Source: a virus. From it: a stretch of DNA of 64,000 nucleotides. The position numbers and the translations under genes are program-made. The DNA is taken from positions 64,001-128,000 of IMG/VR virus record IMGVR_UViG_3300017987_000006; one strand, 5' to 3'. Positions within the stretch are counted from its first letter, which is position 1. Every line of letters begins with the position of its first letter. Under the pieces are notes generated by a model that searched no databases, was not told the DNA's origin, and was given only the letters and a program-made list of their open reading frames with translations. Shown in pieces: positions 48,596-57,845 of this stretch.

Positions 48596-49729
48596 CTAGA
48601 ACGGAATGTCCTCGTCGTCGGCGGGGTCATCCTTGGTGTCGTCGCGGTCCTGGAGGTGACGACGGCTATCGTCGTCCGACCACGGGTTGCGCACCTTCAT
48701 GACCTTGGCCTGATTCTCGATCGGGTCAGGGGCGAAGATGCGGTGCAGTGTCGGTCTCTCAGGTACGAGCTTCTCGCACCGCTCGTCCAGGTCGCACACG
48801 CGGTGCTTGTGGAACGAGAGGGTGGTGCGGCGTTCGTCCTGGCCTCCCTGGCGGGAGACCTGCAGATCGACGTCCCAGATGCGGACGGGTTTGGGGCTCT
48901 TGCAGCTGTCGCAGTCGCGAACAGGGAGCAGAGGGGCCGCCGTGTCGCACTTCTTGCAGTGGTAGGGGCGGCTAGTGATGGACTTGAGCTGTTTCTTGCT
49001 CAAGTCGAAGTCGCTGGCCTCCGTATCGATGACCTCGCGGCCACACCCACGACACTCCCAGATGGGGGTGCTGATGGCTCCTCCGCAGTGGCACTCGCCT
49101 TGCAGCTCGTTGACCTTGCCGATGAGTTGGCGGAAGTGATCGGAGCCCAGGCTCCAGTGCAGGCGGTGGCCGAAGACGCGCTCCCAGCCCTCGCGCTCCA
49201 TCTGGCGCTTGCTGAACTTGTCCATCAGCTCTTCCTCCAGCACCTTCTCGAGTATCGGGTCTCCACGATTGGCCCACTTGGTGTCGCGCTCGTGGAATTG
49301 CGGACGACCGTCCCTGTCCGTTGCCTGAACCAGGCGGTACCACGCGAGATGGATGATCGAGAAAGCCGATAGACGGCGGAAGCTGATGTGGTTCGCACCG
49401 TCATCGATGAGGTAGCACGAGATGCACTTGCCACTGCCGTGCAGCTCTCCGTCGTTATCCTCCTTCCAGATCTTCGAGCACACGTGCGACCGCTTGACGG
49501 TGGAGTTGTAGTGCTCGATGCGCTCGTGGTGCGGAGCGTTCCGTCCTCGGAAGTCCTTGTGCACCTCAAGTAGGATGCGGATCCAGTCAGGATCGTTGAG
49601 GGGTGGTTTGAAGCGGCGGCGGAAGCGCTGACTTAGCCAGGGCTTGATCTTGCCTTTCCTCTTATCGAGTTCGGGTCCGTAATTCTGCAGGTAATCTAGT
49701 CCTGCGTCGAAGTCGAAGTCTTCGCTCAT
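48596..49729 (-). CDS. Single-stranded DNA-binding protein-like (gp32-type) with Zn ribbons
   Basis: Acidic C-terminus DDEDIPF; several CxxC pairs; lies between primase and polymerase. Confidence 0.6.
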   Translation of the reverse strand: MSEDFDFDAGLDYLQNYGPELDKRKGKIKPWLSQRFRRRFKPPLNDPDWIRILLEVHKDFRGRNAPHHERIEHYNSTVKRSHVCSKIWKEDNDGELHGSGKCISCYLIDDGANHISFRRLSAFSIIHLAWYRLVQATDRDGRPQFHERDTKWANRGDPILEKVLEEELMDKFSKRQMEREGWERVFGHRLHWSLGSDHFRQLIGKVNELQGECHCGGAISTPIWECRGCGREVIDTEASDFDLSKKQLKSITSRPYHCKKCDTAAPLLPVRDCDSCKSPKPVRIWDVDLQVSRQGGQDERRTTLSFHKHRVCDLDERCEKLVPERPTLHRIFAPDPIENQAKVMKVRNPWSDDDSRRHLQDRDDTKDDPADDEDIPF

Positions 49730-50720
49730 AGCTTACTCTCCAGTTGCTGAAAGTTTCTGCTGTTCTTGCTGTTGTCTCAAGTTCATCTGCTGTCATGTCG
49801 TCTGGTTGAGCGTTGTCTGGTAGATGCCTTGGGTACTCACACACACGTACGCGGTGGCTTCGTGAGAGAACCTTTCCTGCTGCACACACTCCATCTCTGG
49901 CCTGCTCCGTGTTATCGAGGAAGATGTAGATCGTTGCGGCAAGCCGTTGCAACAATCTCCTCTGCATGAACGACAGGTATGTCCCCATCAGGGCCACGGT
50001 GTACTCATAGCCGTGTTGGATCAGCCACAGAGCTGCCTTGAAACCCTCCACGATGAAAACGTCAATCTTCCCGCAACTCTCATCCCGCATCAAGGGGTAA
50101 ACACGATGCATGTTCCACAGGTAGTTTTTCTTCTGAAAATCGTACCCTTTGTAGTCCTCGGAGTACTTGATCAGGTCCGGTTCCTTGTAGAACTTGTACC
50201 GCGGCACCTCATCGATCACCGTCCTTCCGGATATCCCCACCAGCGCACCGAGATGATTCCTGATCGGAAACGTGATACGCATCTCTTCCTTATCGAACCC
50301 CACCTCGTATTCTTGCAGCACCTTCTTATCGAAGCCGGCATCCACCAAATCTACCGGGTGATAGTCGAAGATTCCCAGGAGCCCCTCGTTCAGCACCATC
50401 TGCTCACGAATCGGATCGGACCTGCCAATCTTCTCGTCTTTTCTGGTGCGCTTGGTAAGCTCTGGGCCGGCGCGATCCATGATGACGGCTCTCAGCTTTC
50501 TGGGCGCTCCAATTTCCTTCAGGAAGGTGTACAGAGATCCCTTGATCTGACAGCCGTGACAGATGAACATTCCAGTCTCGGTGGACATGTAGAACGCACC
50601 CTCCGTCTTCTCGACGTGGAACGGGCACGCGCCATAAATGTTCCGCCCATCGCTAGTGGTCTTCCACCACTTCAAGTACCGTGTGCCTACATCCTCAATC
50701 AGCTTCTTCAGATCGCTCAT
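49662..50720 (-). CDS. dnaG: DnaG-type primase (CHC2 Zn finger + TOPRIM)
   Basis: CPFH...CHGC, RITFPIRN..G..VG..GR, IVEG...D; start taken at ATG 50720. Confidence 0.9.
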   Translation of the reverse strand: MSDLKKLIEDVGTRYLKWWKTTSDGRNIYGACPFHVEKTEGAFYMSTETGMFICHGCQIKGSLYTFLKEIGAPRKLRAVIMDRAGPELTKRTRKDEKIGRSDPIREQMVLNEGLLGIFDYHPVDLVDAGFDKKVLQEYEVGFDKEEMRITFPIRNHLGALVGISGRTVIDEVPRYKFYKEPDLIKYSEDYKGYDFQKKNYLWNMHRVYPLMRDESCGKIDVFIVEGFKAALWLIQHGYEYTVALMGTYLSFMQRRLLQRLAATIYIFLDNTEQARDGVCAAGKVLSRSHRVRVCEYPRHLPDNAQPDDMTADELETTARTAETFSNWRVSYERRLRLRRRTRLPAELRTRTR

Positions 50721-52173
50721 CTTCCTTCTCTTTCTCAAGGCTGAGTTGGCGGCCTCTTTGCTTGAAGGCGCGCTCTTCTTCCTTGGCTTGAGCAATTTCT
50801 TCAGCTCGGAAACGTGCGAGTACTTGCCGATGTGACTCGAAGATCTGAGTCATCTGAAATTTGACGGCAGGGACGGCCACAAGCTCGAACCCAGCCATTT
50901 TGATCTCTCTCGCTCCAGAAATGATTACCGATAGGAGTGTGTCTCCGTCATCGCTCTCAGTTTTGATCACACGTAGGGCCAGATCACACGCCTGAGCGAA
51001 GGCGTCACTGTATGCGATCTCCGCCATCGTAGACCCTTTGGTTTCCTCCCCAAGCCGGTTGGCCTGGGAAGTCGCCAGCAAAGGGATCTTGTACTCGCGG
51101 GCTATCTCTTTCAGTCCGTAGGCGATCTCGCCCTTGTCCTGGTACATCACGCCCGATCCCTTCTTGACAGCCTGGATCAAGTAAACGGAATCGGCGCATA
51201 CGATGTCCGGCTCGAACTCCTCGATCTTGGCCCGCAGCTCCATCAATCCGCTCGCGGAGCTATTGCCCCACCCGCTGGTGAACAGCACAGACCGATTACG
51301 GTTCTTCTGCTTGAAGATCCGTGTCTCCTCCTCCTTCAGGTGCTGCACCGTGTCGACCAGCGTGGCCTCGTCCTCAGCAGACAGCTTTCCATTGCGAAAG
51401 GCCTGGTAGTCTACTCCGATCATGCGTGCCACGAAACGTGTCCGTAGCTGCTGCGGTGCCATCTCCTTGGTGAAGACAAGGACGCGACAATTGTGGTGAA
51501 GGTAACACTCCACGGCCACGTCCATGAGCAACCACGTCTTTAGGCTCTTCGGCCTGCCGTACAGCAGGATGAACTCCGTGTTCAGCATGCCCCTGGTCTG
51601 TTCGTTCAACGGGTGAAACTGCTGACCCGTCTTCTTTGAGACCTTTGGCTTGCCGCTCTTCGTGTGGTACCCCCACCCCATCGGGTATGGAATACCCAGA
51701 TACCCAAGTTGATCTTTCGCCTGGTAGTACTCTCGCAGGATGTCACCGCTGGAGTCCGCGAGGATTTCATCGTCTCCGACCTCGCTGCCGGCGGCTATGG
51801 ACTTCGCATCCTGGTACATGCACTGGACGGCCCCTCGCGGGTCATCCTCGTACATGTCCTTGATCTTATCGTTGATCTCTTCCACCCTCCCCCGGACCCA
51901 TTCGTCCCGAACCTCCTGACACAGGGCCTCGATGGTCATGTGCTCTGGAGGGTCCGGGAGGTCGAGTGTGGGGTACTGGTTCAATACCATGTCCAGGGTC
52001 GGAACTGAGTTCCTGGTCTTCTTACCCTGAAAGTAGTCGATCAAGTAGTTGTAGAGAAGCCGCCCGTCATCGGTGCGGAACATCTCATACCTGATCCCCT
52101 CGTGCATCATGGTCTTCATGCCGCCGGTCTCGATGACCTTCGACAGAAGGAGAAGCTCGTAGTGACTTGCCAA
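50695..52173 (-). CDS. dnaB: DnaB-like replicative helicase
   Basis: YGRPKSLKT, FTKEM, CADSVYL, ATSQANR, IAYSDA. Confidence 0.9.
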   Translation of the reverse strand: MASHYELLLLSKVIETGGMKTMMHEGIRYEMFRTDDGRLLYNYLIDYFQGKKTRNSVPTLDMVLNQYPTLDLPDPPEHMTIEALCQEVRDEWVRGRVEEINDKIKDMYEDDPRGAVQCMYQDAKSIAAGSEVGDDEILADSSGDILREYYQAKDQLGYLGIPYPMGWGYHTKSGKPKVSKKTGQQFHPLNEQTRGMLNTEFILLYGRPKSLKTWLLMDVAVECYLHHNCRVLVFTKEMAPQQLRTRFVARMIGVDYQAFRNGKLSAEDEATLVDTVQHLKEEETRIFKQKNRNRSVLFTSGWGNSSASGLMELRAKIEEFEPDIVCADSVYLIQAVKKGSGVMYQDKGEIAYGLKEIAREYKIPLLATSQANRLGEETKGSTMAEIAYSDAFAQACDLALRVIKTESDDGDTLLSVIISGAREIKMAGFELVAVPAVKFQMTQIFESHRQVLARFRAEEIAQAKEEERAFKQRGRQLSLEKEKEDERSEEAD

Positions 52174-52182
52174 CGGCTCCTC

Positions 52183-52506
52183 CTATGCGGGGCTCAGGTA
52201 TTCGATTTTCCCTTTGTTGTAGACCCGGGGAGTTCCGTCCACCTCTACACCGAGGGTGTAGCGATCGGTGTAGAGCAGCTTCCCGACGATCGGCTCTGAC
52301 AGAGAGTCCGGTAGGAATTCTACCTCCCTGCCGATCCAGCCCTTCACCCGGCTGTGCCAGTTGTCGTCCACCTGGAGGATGTCCCGCAGCTTGTGGACCA
52401 CGACCTTCAACTGCGAGACCGACTCCCTCAGATTTTTGAACTCGTTGTAGAAGTGCCCGATGTTGATCTTGGGCGGCCTTCTCTTCTGACCATTATTCTC
52501 GGTCAT
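52183..52506 (-). CDS. Coiled coil + Sm/Hfq-like domain protein
   Basis: GKLLYTDRYTLGV...VYNKGKIEYLSP aligns by eye to Hfq GQIESFDQFVILL...VYKHAISTVVP. Confidence 0.5.
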   Translation of the reverse strand: MTENNGQKRRPPKINIGHFYNEFKNLRESVSQLKVVVHKLRDILQVDDNWHSRVKGWIGREVEFLPDSLSEPIVGKLLYTDRYTLGVEVDGTPRVYNKGKIEYLSPA

Positions 52507-52517
52507 GCTGCACCTCC

Positions 52518-53648
52518 TTACGCGGCGCGAGCCATGTACTCTCCAGCCAGCTGCTCCAGCTCGAACCGCTTGTCCATGTCCTTTTCCTCTTGCGAAGCTC
52601 GGGAGATGGCTTGGAAGATGCCGTAGCGGTTGTGCAGGGGCTCGATGGCGAAGACCTCCTTGGCTCGGTCCTGGAATGTCTGCGTTGTCTTCTTCCGGTT
52701 CAGGAACTTCAGCATCTCAGCTTCGGGATCTTCCACGGGTTGGTCCTGCAGCGCAACCATCATCTTCTGGTTCTTGGAGATGACGGTCGGGAGCTTGCTG
52801 AGAGAATCGTCCAGCAGCGTGTCGATGGCGTCATCGCTGATGCCGCGGTGCATCCGGTAGAGGATGCGACCATCTGACACCGTCACGATGGCACCGTTCA
52901 AGCAGACCAACCTGAACGTTGAGGCGTCGATCGTGACGGCCGTGTACCCCACCTCAGAGTTACGCAGGTGGAATCCTTGGTGGACGATGTCGTTCTCCGG
53001 CAGCAGGCCCTCAGCTTCGGCCGCGTTGTAGAAGCGGCGCACCTGCTCGTTGGGATGGTTCCTGTCGATAGGTCCCAGGTTGGTCTCTTTCGTCACTACC
53101 GTGTAGTGGCTGGACTTGTCGCAGTGAAAGCCCGTGCCGAATCGGTTCTTCATGAACCGCATCTCGTTGGTGTTGATCCGCTTGTTGCGGCTCATCCGGT
53201 CGAAGATTCGAACATCGTCGATGGCCGAGTACGTTGGGCTCAGGATGGCCCTGACGAACCCGTTCGCGTCGCCGTTGCCGGGGTCGTCCTTGTCGTACCG
53301 ACGCGCTCTGATCTTTCTCGTATCGTGGGTGCGGGAAAACCGTCGGTGCAGCTCCTGCTGGATCTCCTCTGCCTTGATGTGCTCCGGGTCGAACCACTTG
53401 CCCCAGTTCACGCCCAGAATCGATCCGAGCTGGCGTTGCGCCCAGTCGGTCATCGAGAGGCGGCCCAGCTTTGGGACTTCCATGTGAACGCTCGGGAAAA
53501 CCGTGTTTCCATCGGGGACGATGCGAACGTCCTCCAGGTCGACAACCTTGTCCTCGTAGTTGCGCTCGTGCAAGCGGGTGATCATGTTGAACACCGCGCT
53601 AAACTTGAGCATCTTCTTCCGCTTCATCAGCAAGTCCTGTGGGTTCAT
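52518..53648 (-). CDS. DUF932-like protein
   Basis: LRNSEVG...RLVCLNG...H motif; exact start uncertain (53648, 53627 or 53612). Confidence 0.7.
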   Translation of the reverse strand: MNPQDLLMKRKKMLKFSAVFNMITRLHERNYEDKVVDLEDVRIVPDGNTVFPSVHMEVPKLGRLSMTDWAQRQLGSILGVNWGKWFDPEHIKAEEIQQELHRRFSRTHDTRKIRARRYDKDDPGNGDANGFVRAILSPTYSAIDDVRIFDRMSRNKRINTNEMRFMKNRFGTGFHCDKSSHYTVVTKETNLGPIDRNHPNEQVRRFYNAAEAEGLLPENDIVHQGFHLRNSEVGYTAVTIDASTFRLVCLNGAIVTVSDGRILYRMHRGISDDAIDTLLDDSLSKLPTVISKNQKMMVALQDQPVEDPEAEMLKFLNRKKTTQTFQDRAKEVFAIEPLHNRYGIFQAISRASQEEKDMDKRFELEQLAGEYMARAA

Positions 53649-53928
53649 GAAGGCCCTCTTTTTTTCCTTCGGCCGTGGCCGGTTGTTGGTTGAAAATTGT
53701 TGCTGCCACATCACTCTCAAGCAGATCGATGAACTTGGTCATCGCCTCCTGCGTCTCCTTGCTTGCTACTTCGTGCGCCGACATCTTGATCGCCCCGTAT
53801 GGGGTGGACGTCTTCGTGTCCAGGTACTGTGCTGTCAGCTTGATCGTCACACCGATGCCCGTCCTGTTCAGCTCTGCGCTGACGATGGAGACAGCATCAA
53901 ACCGAGGACTCCCTTCGATCTTCTTCAC
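53599..53928 (-). CDS. Hypothetical protein
   Basis: GTGA-type overlap with the upstream gene in the operon. Confidence 0.6.
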   Translation of the reverse strand: MKKIEGSPRFDAVSIVSAELNRTGIGVTIKLTAQYLDTKTSTPYGAIKMSAHEVASKETQEAMTKFIDLLESDVAATIFNQQPATAEGKKEGLHEPTGLADEAEEDAQV

Positions 53929-54266
53929 TTCTTCTTTCCTTCCAGGTATTCACGCAGATACTTGTTCAGGTTTCGTGCGAGGAACTTGTGCGCTAGGTGC
54001 GCAGCACTCTCGTTGGCCACTTCAATCTCCGCTACGGACTGTCCACACGACAGCTTGATGAAGCATGTCGATTCGATGGACATCCCCTTGTCTTCTCCGA
54101 GCCTCCAAGGTTTGACGCCCAGCGTGACACCGACTTCGGCCGGGCCGGGGGAGATGTCGAAGTGCTCCCAGTCCGTCTTCCGATCATCTAGGACAACCTC
54201 TCCGTTCTTCTTGACCGTTGTGTGCTGCTGCGCTGGTCCAAGTTGCCGCCGCTTGAACTTTCTCAT
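53925..54266 (-). CDS. Hypothetical protein
   Basis: Start moved to ATG 54266 (ATGA overlap). Confidence 0.6.
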   Translation of the reverse strand: MRKFKRRQLGPAQQHTTVKKNGEVVLDDRKTDWEHFDISPGPAEVGVTLGVKPWRLGEDKGMSIESTCFIKLSCGQSVAEIEVANESAAHLAHKFLARNLNKYLREYLEGKKK

Positions 54267-54727
54267 AGCACCAGCGCCTTCGGGCATCCTGCGATGAGCG
54301 AGAGCGTCGGCGGCTTCTCGCTGTAGGCTTTGAAGGCCTTGTCACGGTCCAGCTCGCCCTGCCGGATCATTTGATCGAGCCTCTCCTCATCCACAAGGTA
54401 CGTGACCTTCTCCGTCAAGAAGTGCTGAGAGATCCTAGCCGGAAACAGCCGTGCCAGCTCGGTCCCATCCCAGACCTGGGTACGCTTCTTGAGTGCCCCC
54501 AGCGGCCCGATGATGAGCTTCTTCTTGTCCGAGTTCTTCAGCTCCGCCTTGATGGAGGTCGTTGCCTCCTTGAGCGAGACGTTGTAGTCGTCCACGAGAG
54601 AGCGCAGCTCGTCCATGAAGTCGTCGTTGTCATCCATGAACTCGTGCAGCGCGTCTCGTGCTTTCTCGAAACGCTTGACCGCCCCTTTGGCGGTCTCGGC
54701 TCTACGCCGATTCGGTCGTTTTCTCAT
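54263..54727 (-). CDS. Hypothetical coiled-coil protein
   Basis: Start moved to ATG 54727 (ATGA overlap with the UDG stop). Confidence 0.65.
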   Translation of the reverse strand: MRKRPNRRRAETAKGAVKRFEKARDALHEFMDDNDDFMDELRSLVDDYNVSLKEATTSIKAELKNSDKKKLIIGPLGALKKRTQVWDGTELARLFPARISQHFLTEKVTYLVDEERLDQMIRQGELDRDKAFKAYSEKPPTLSLIAGCPKALVL

Positions 54728-55491
54728 GTGAGCAGTCCTCCTTGCACTAGAAACATATCGCGCATTTTGTATCCTCGATCGGGCATGGGAGTGTCCCAGT
54801 ATACCTGCCGAAGTTTGTCTAGCAGGTAGGCCGCGCGCCTCCACGCAACCAGGGCCTGGCCCCATACTCCTATCTTTCTCTTGTCCCCGCTCCGCGCGAG
54901 AAAAGCGGGGTGATACATCGACATCACCGGGTAGGTGACGTCGGTCGCCTTGCCGCGGATAACGCAGTGCTGCACCTGTCCTTGGACGTTCCGCATCGTG
55001 ACTGAGCGCTGACCCGTCACCTCGAGCACGGCGGGCTTACCCATCGCCACTACCAACAGTGGATCAATCTCGTACAGGACCTCCTCCCAGAACGGCCGAC
55101 AAGCAGCCCGCTCCTTACTGGACGGGTCCCTGTTCTCTTCTCGCTTACGACCAGATCTCTCATCGGTGGAGATGGAGAACGGACGACACTGGACAATGTT
55201 CATCACGAACACGCTTCTGCGATCTATCTTCACGGCCTCCAGGTACTCATTGAGGATGTCTCCCGAAGGTCCTATGAAGGGAGCGCCTTCGAGATCTTCT
55301 TCCTCCCCCGGGCCGATGCCGATGATGACCATGTCCGCATCGACGTTTCCATCCGGCATTACGATTCTTCCAGCAGTGCCGTCCGTTTTGAGTTTCTTTT
55401 GCTCTCGCAGCTCTCCAAGTCCGCACTTTGTACACCCGCGCCATTTCCTAAAAATGGAGAGCACCCTCTGCTCTCTTTCGGTTGGGCTCAT
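54724..55491 (-). CDS. Uracil-DNA glycosylase superfamily protein, family 4/5 (Fe-S)
   Basis: CTKC, GIGPGEEED..G.PFIGPSG, MNIVQCRP, AC, YHPAFLAR. Confidence 0.9.
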   Translation of the reverse strand: MSPTEREQRVLSIFRKWRGCTKCGLGELREQKKLKTDGTAGRIVMPDGNVDADMVIIGIGPGEEEDLEGAPFIGPSGDILNEYLEAVKIDRRSVFVMNIVQCRPFSISTDERSGRKREENRDPSSKERAACRPFWEEVLYEIDPLLVVAMGKPAVLEVTGQRSVTMRNVQGQVQHCVIRGKATDVTYPVMSMYHPAFLARSGDKRKIGVWGQALVAWRRAAYLLDKLRQVYWDTPMPDRGYKMRDMFLVQGGLLT

Positions 55492-57422
55492 TCTTGGTCT
55501 CTCCGAGGCTTGAGCGTTTTGAATTCATACGGGCCGCCTTCATCCGACGGCCAGCGCCTCAGCTGCAGCTTCAGTTTGTTGCACATCCTGTGGAAGAGAT
55601 AGATATAGACATCGTCGTAGATCACCACGAGCGGATTCTTCATCCCTTCGTGGTGGCGATACCCCTGGATCCGCCCCATCCCCTGCTGCAGCGCGTTCTT
55701 TCCTCCTTCCGGGTGTTGTGAGCCGAATGGCGTCATCCAGAACAACGTGTCCAGGCTGTCTTCGTCGATGGCCTCCATCACCAGCTGGTGTGTTCCAAAG
55801 ATCAGCTGCTTCGTTCGGAGCGCTTCCCACCTCTCTTTCACCTTCACTGAGCCTGTGCAGATACCTGTTGAATATCCCTCCTCCAAGAACTTGGCGTGCA
55901 TCAGACGAAGGTGGTCTACGCTGTGACTCAGCGCCAGCACCTTTCGTCCTGCCGCGATAGCATCTCGCAGGTCTTTGGCGATGTACTCGTTGCGTTCTTC
56001 CATCCTGCCGACGTATGATCGCAGCAGTCCTATGTTGGGCTTTCCGGCCTTGTCGATGACGTACTCGTTGTAGTCTGCTGGGGATATCTGAAATAGCGTT
56101 TGACGGAAACGGATGTCTGTGGGGACGTCCTGTGACAGGTCTTTGTGGAATGGTTCGCCGAGGTGGTAGTTGTAGACCACCTCGGTGCCGTCTTCGCGGT
56201 TCACCGTAGCGCTGAGCCCGAACCTCCGACCGCAGAACATTGTCGCGGTGATACAGAAGTACGGGGCCGCTAAATGATGACAGTTGTGGACTACTACATT
56301 GGACGAGCTTACTTGGTAGGTAGGGGTTCCGCCGATTTGGAGATTGTATACAAGACCGTTTGGACAACGTCCTCCAAATGTTCCATCGGGCGTAGAGTCT
56401 ACCCGCCGGACAGCCTTCACCTTTTGCTTCTGCGCAGAGCACAGCACCGTGTCATCGCTGCTTAAAGCCAAAGCAGGGACCCACCCTCTGGCGGTCCAGA
56501 ACGGGTGCTTTGGCGTACAAACGATCTCTACTCCGTCTATGAGGACAGAGACCAGTGCGTGTGGACGCGATACGAAGATCCTTTCAATAGGCCGCTTCGA
56601 GAACAATCCCATGTGTTCATCAAACGACCAAACTAGATCTCCCACTCTTCGCCTCTCTATTGGCACACCATCAACCAGAGTCCCGGCTACAAAGCACTCA
56701 TCCCATATGATAGTCCCAAACCATCTACGCATCTCTGGAGTTACCTGATCGGCATACTTTGCCAGTGTGTGCAGCGTGGCGACAACGATTGGCCGTTTCC
56801 AAGTCCACCTGCTGGGACTCCCACGGATCAATCCGATTCCGCCATCGAACTCCAAAAATTCCCTGATCTTCTCTTCCCACTGATCAAGTATCGTCGTCTG
56901 GTTTACGATGACTAGGGCGTTGTGCCCGAAGTGGGCGATGGCGTGCAACGCGATTGTTGTTTTTCCTTTCCCACAATTTAGGTTCAGCAGCCCGTTGTCC
57001 GCCTTGATGAATGCGGCGAACGCTTTGCGCTGCGTGTCCTTGTCCGGCTGCAGCTTGTCCAGGACGACGTTGCTCTTGAACACCGCCCGCGGGAAATTCC
57101 CTGGCGTGATGTCTACGATGGGGAATGTCAGCTGGCCGTACGTGTCGGGAGGAACATACTCTCGCGGCACAGCGATGTGGTGTGGGCTGTCCTCCCAGAG
57201 CTGAAGGAACTCCATCCCCTCTTCTCCGCTGACCTCGAACTCCAAACTGGCCTTGATCGATATCGTGTTGACGTGCTTCTTAGGAAGCCACATCCGTGTC
57301 CCCAGGTACGCCCTTTCGGGGTCCCTGACGATGAATTTGAAACCTTCCATCCGGCCTCCAGGTGCTCTCCCCAGGTCTGGAGAATACTCCCCAGGTCTGG
57401 GGAGAGCTATCCGTTCTTCCAA
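55488..57422 (-). CDS. SF2 DExH helicase (UvsW/ResIII-like) containing a mini-intein
   Basis: NCGKGKT, DE|CHH after splicing, GLSAT, QQGMGRIQ; alternative start ATG 57350. Confidence 0.9.
   Translation of the reverse strand: MEERIALPRPGEYSPDLGRAPGGRMEGFKFIVRDPERAYLGTRMWLPKKHVNTISIKASLEFEVSGEEGMEFLQLWEDSPHHIAVPREYVPPDTYGQLTFPIVDITPGNFPRAVFKSNVVLDKLQPDKDTQRKAFAAFIKADNGLLNLNCGKGKTTIALHAIAHFGHNALVIVNQTTILDQWEEKIREFLEFDGGIGLIRGSPSRWTWKRPIVVATLHTLAKYADQVTPEMRRWFGTIIWDECFVAGTLVDGVPIERRRVGDLVWSFDEHMGLFSKRPIERIFVSRPHALVSVLIDGVEIVCTPKHPFWTARGWVPALALSSDDTVLCSAQKQKVKAVRRVDSTPDGTFGGRCPNGLVYNLQIGGTPTYQVSSSNVVVHNCHHLAAPYFCITATMFCGRRFGLSATVNREDGTEVVYNYHLGEPFHKDLSQDVPTDIRFRQTLFQISPADYNEYVIDKAGKPNIGLLRSYVGRMEERNEYIAKDLRDAIAAGRKVLALSHSVDHLRLMHAKFLEEGYSTGICTGSVKVKERWEALRTKQLIFGTHQLVMEAIDEDSLDTLFWMTPFGSQHPEGGKNALQQGMGRIQGYRHHEGMKNPLVVIYDDVYIYLFHRMCNKLKLQLRRWPSDEGGPYEFKTLKPRRDQE
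56283..56696 (-). mobile_element. Mini-intein (138 aa, no endonuclease) inserted in Walker B
   Basis: Starts CFVAGTLV, block B CTPKHPF, ends VYNLQIGGTPTY...VVVHN followed by Cys(+1). Confidence 0.9.
57364..57407. repeat. Direct repeat (CTCCCCAGGTCTGG x2, period 20) nested in an 11-bp inverted repeat
   Basis: Copies at 57367-57380 and 57387-57400; GCTCTCCCCAG/CTGGGGAGAGC. Confidence 0.75.
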
Positions 57423-57432
57423 GTCCCTGAAA

Positions 57433-57774
57433 TTAGAAGCGCCACCAGCTGAAGAAGTCCTCGATCTCTCTACCGGCCTCCCTACATGCTCCTGTAGCGA
57501 TCATGCAGAACAGGTGCTTCGCCGGGCTCCTTCCTTCTGGGATCTCCCGCGGTCGCTCGATATTATCGTATCTGCGTCTGGAATGCTCCATCCTGGGTTC
57601 ACTCCGCTGTACCGGAATGCTTGTTCCTCGTCTCTTCTCTCGGACCTTTTCGCCGCACGACCTGAAATAGTCACACCGCTGACAGTCGTAGGACCCGGGA
57701 TCAAAATACTGGTCCCTACCGTAGCAGTCCAGCTCCCTCTCGGCCGGGTATCGATCGCTGTATCTCAGTCCCAT
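57433..57774 (-). CDS. Small Cys-cluster protein, first gene of the replication operon
   Basis: CYG...CQRC...SC; AGGAGG RBS. Confidence 0.65.
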   Translation of the reverse strand: MGLRYSDRYPAERELDCYGRDQYFDPGSYDCQRCDYFRSCGEKVREKRRGTSIPVQRSEPRMEHSRRRYDNIERPREIPEGRSPAKHLFCMIATGACREAGREIEDFFSWWRF

Positions 57775-57845
57775 TCTTCCTCCTAGAAGTAGTTGATTCA
57801 GTGTCGGAAGCCTTATACCGACATTTTCTAGTTTCTTTTGGCTTC

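Noticed and set aside
57800-57825. TGTCGG-N10-CCGACA inverted repeat in the divergent promoter region
   Set aside because: Only 6-bp arms and no second copy seen; plausible as an operator but too weak to call.
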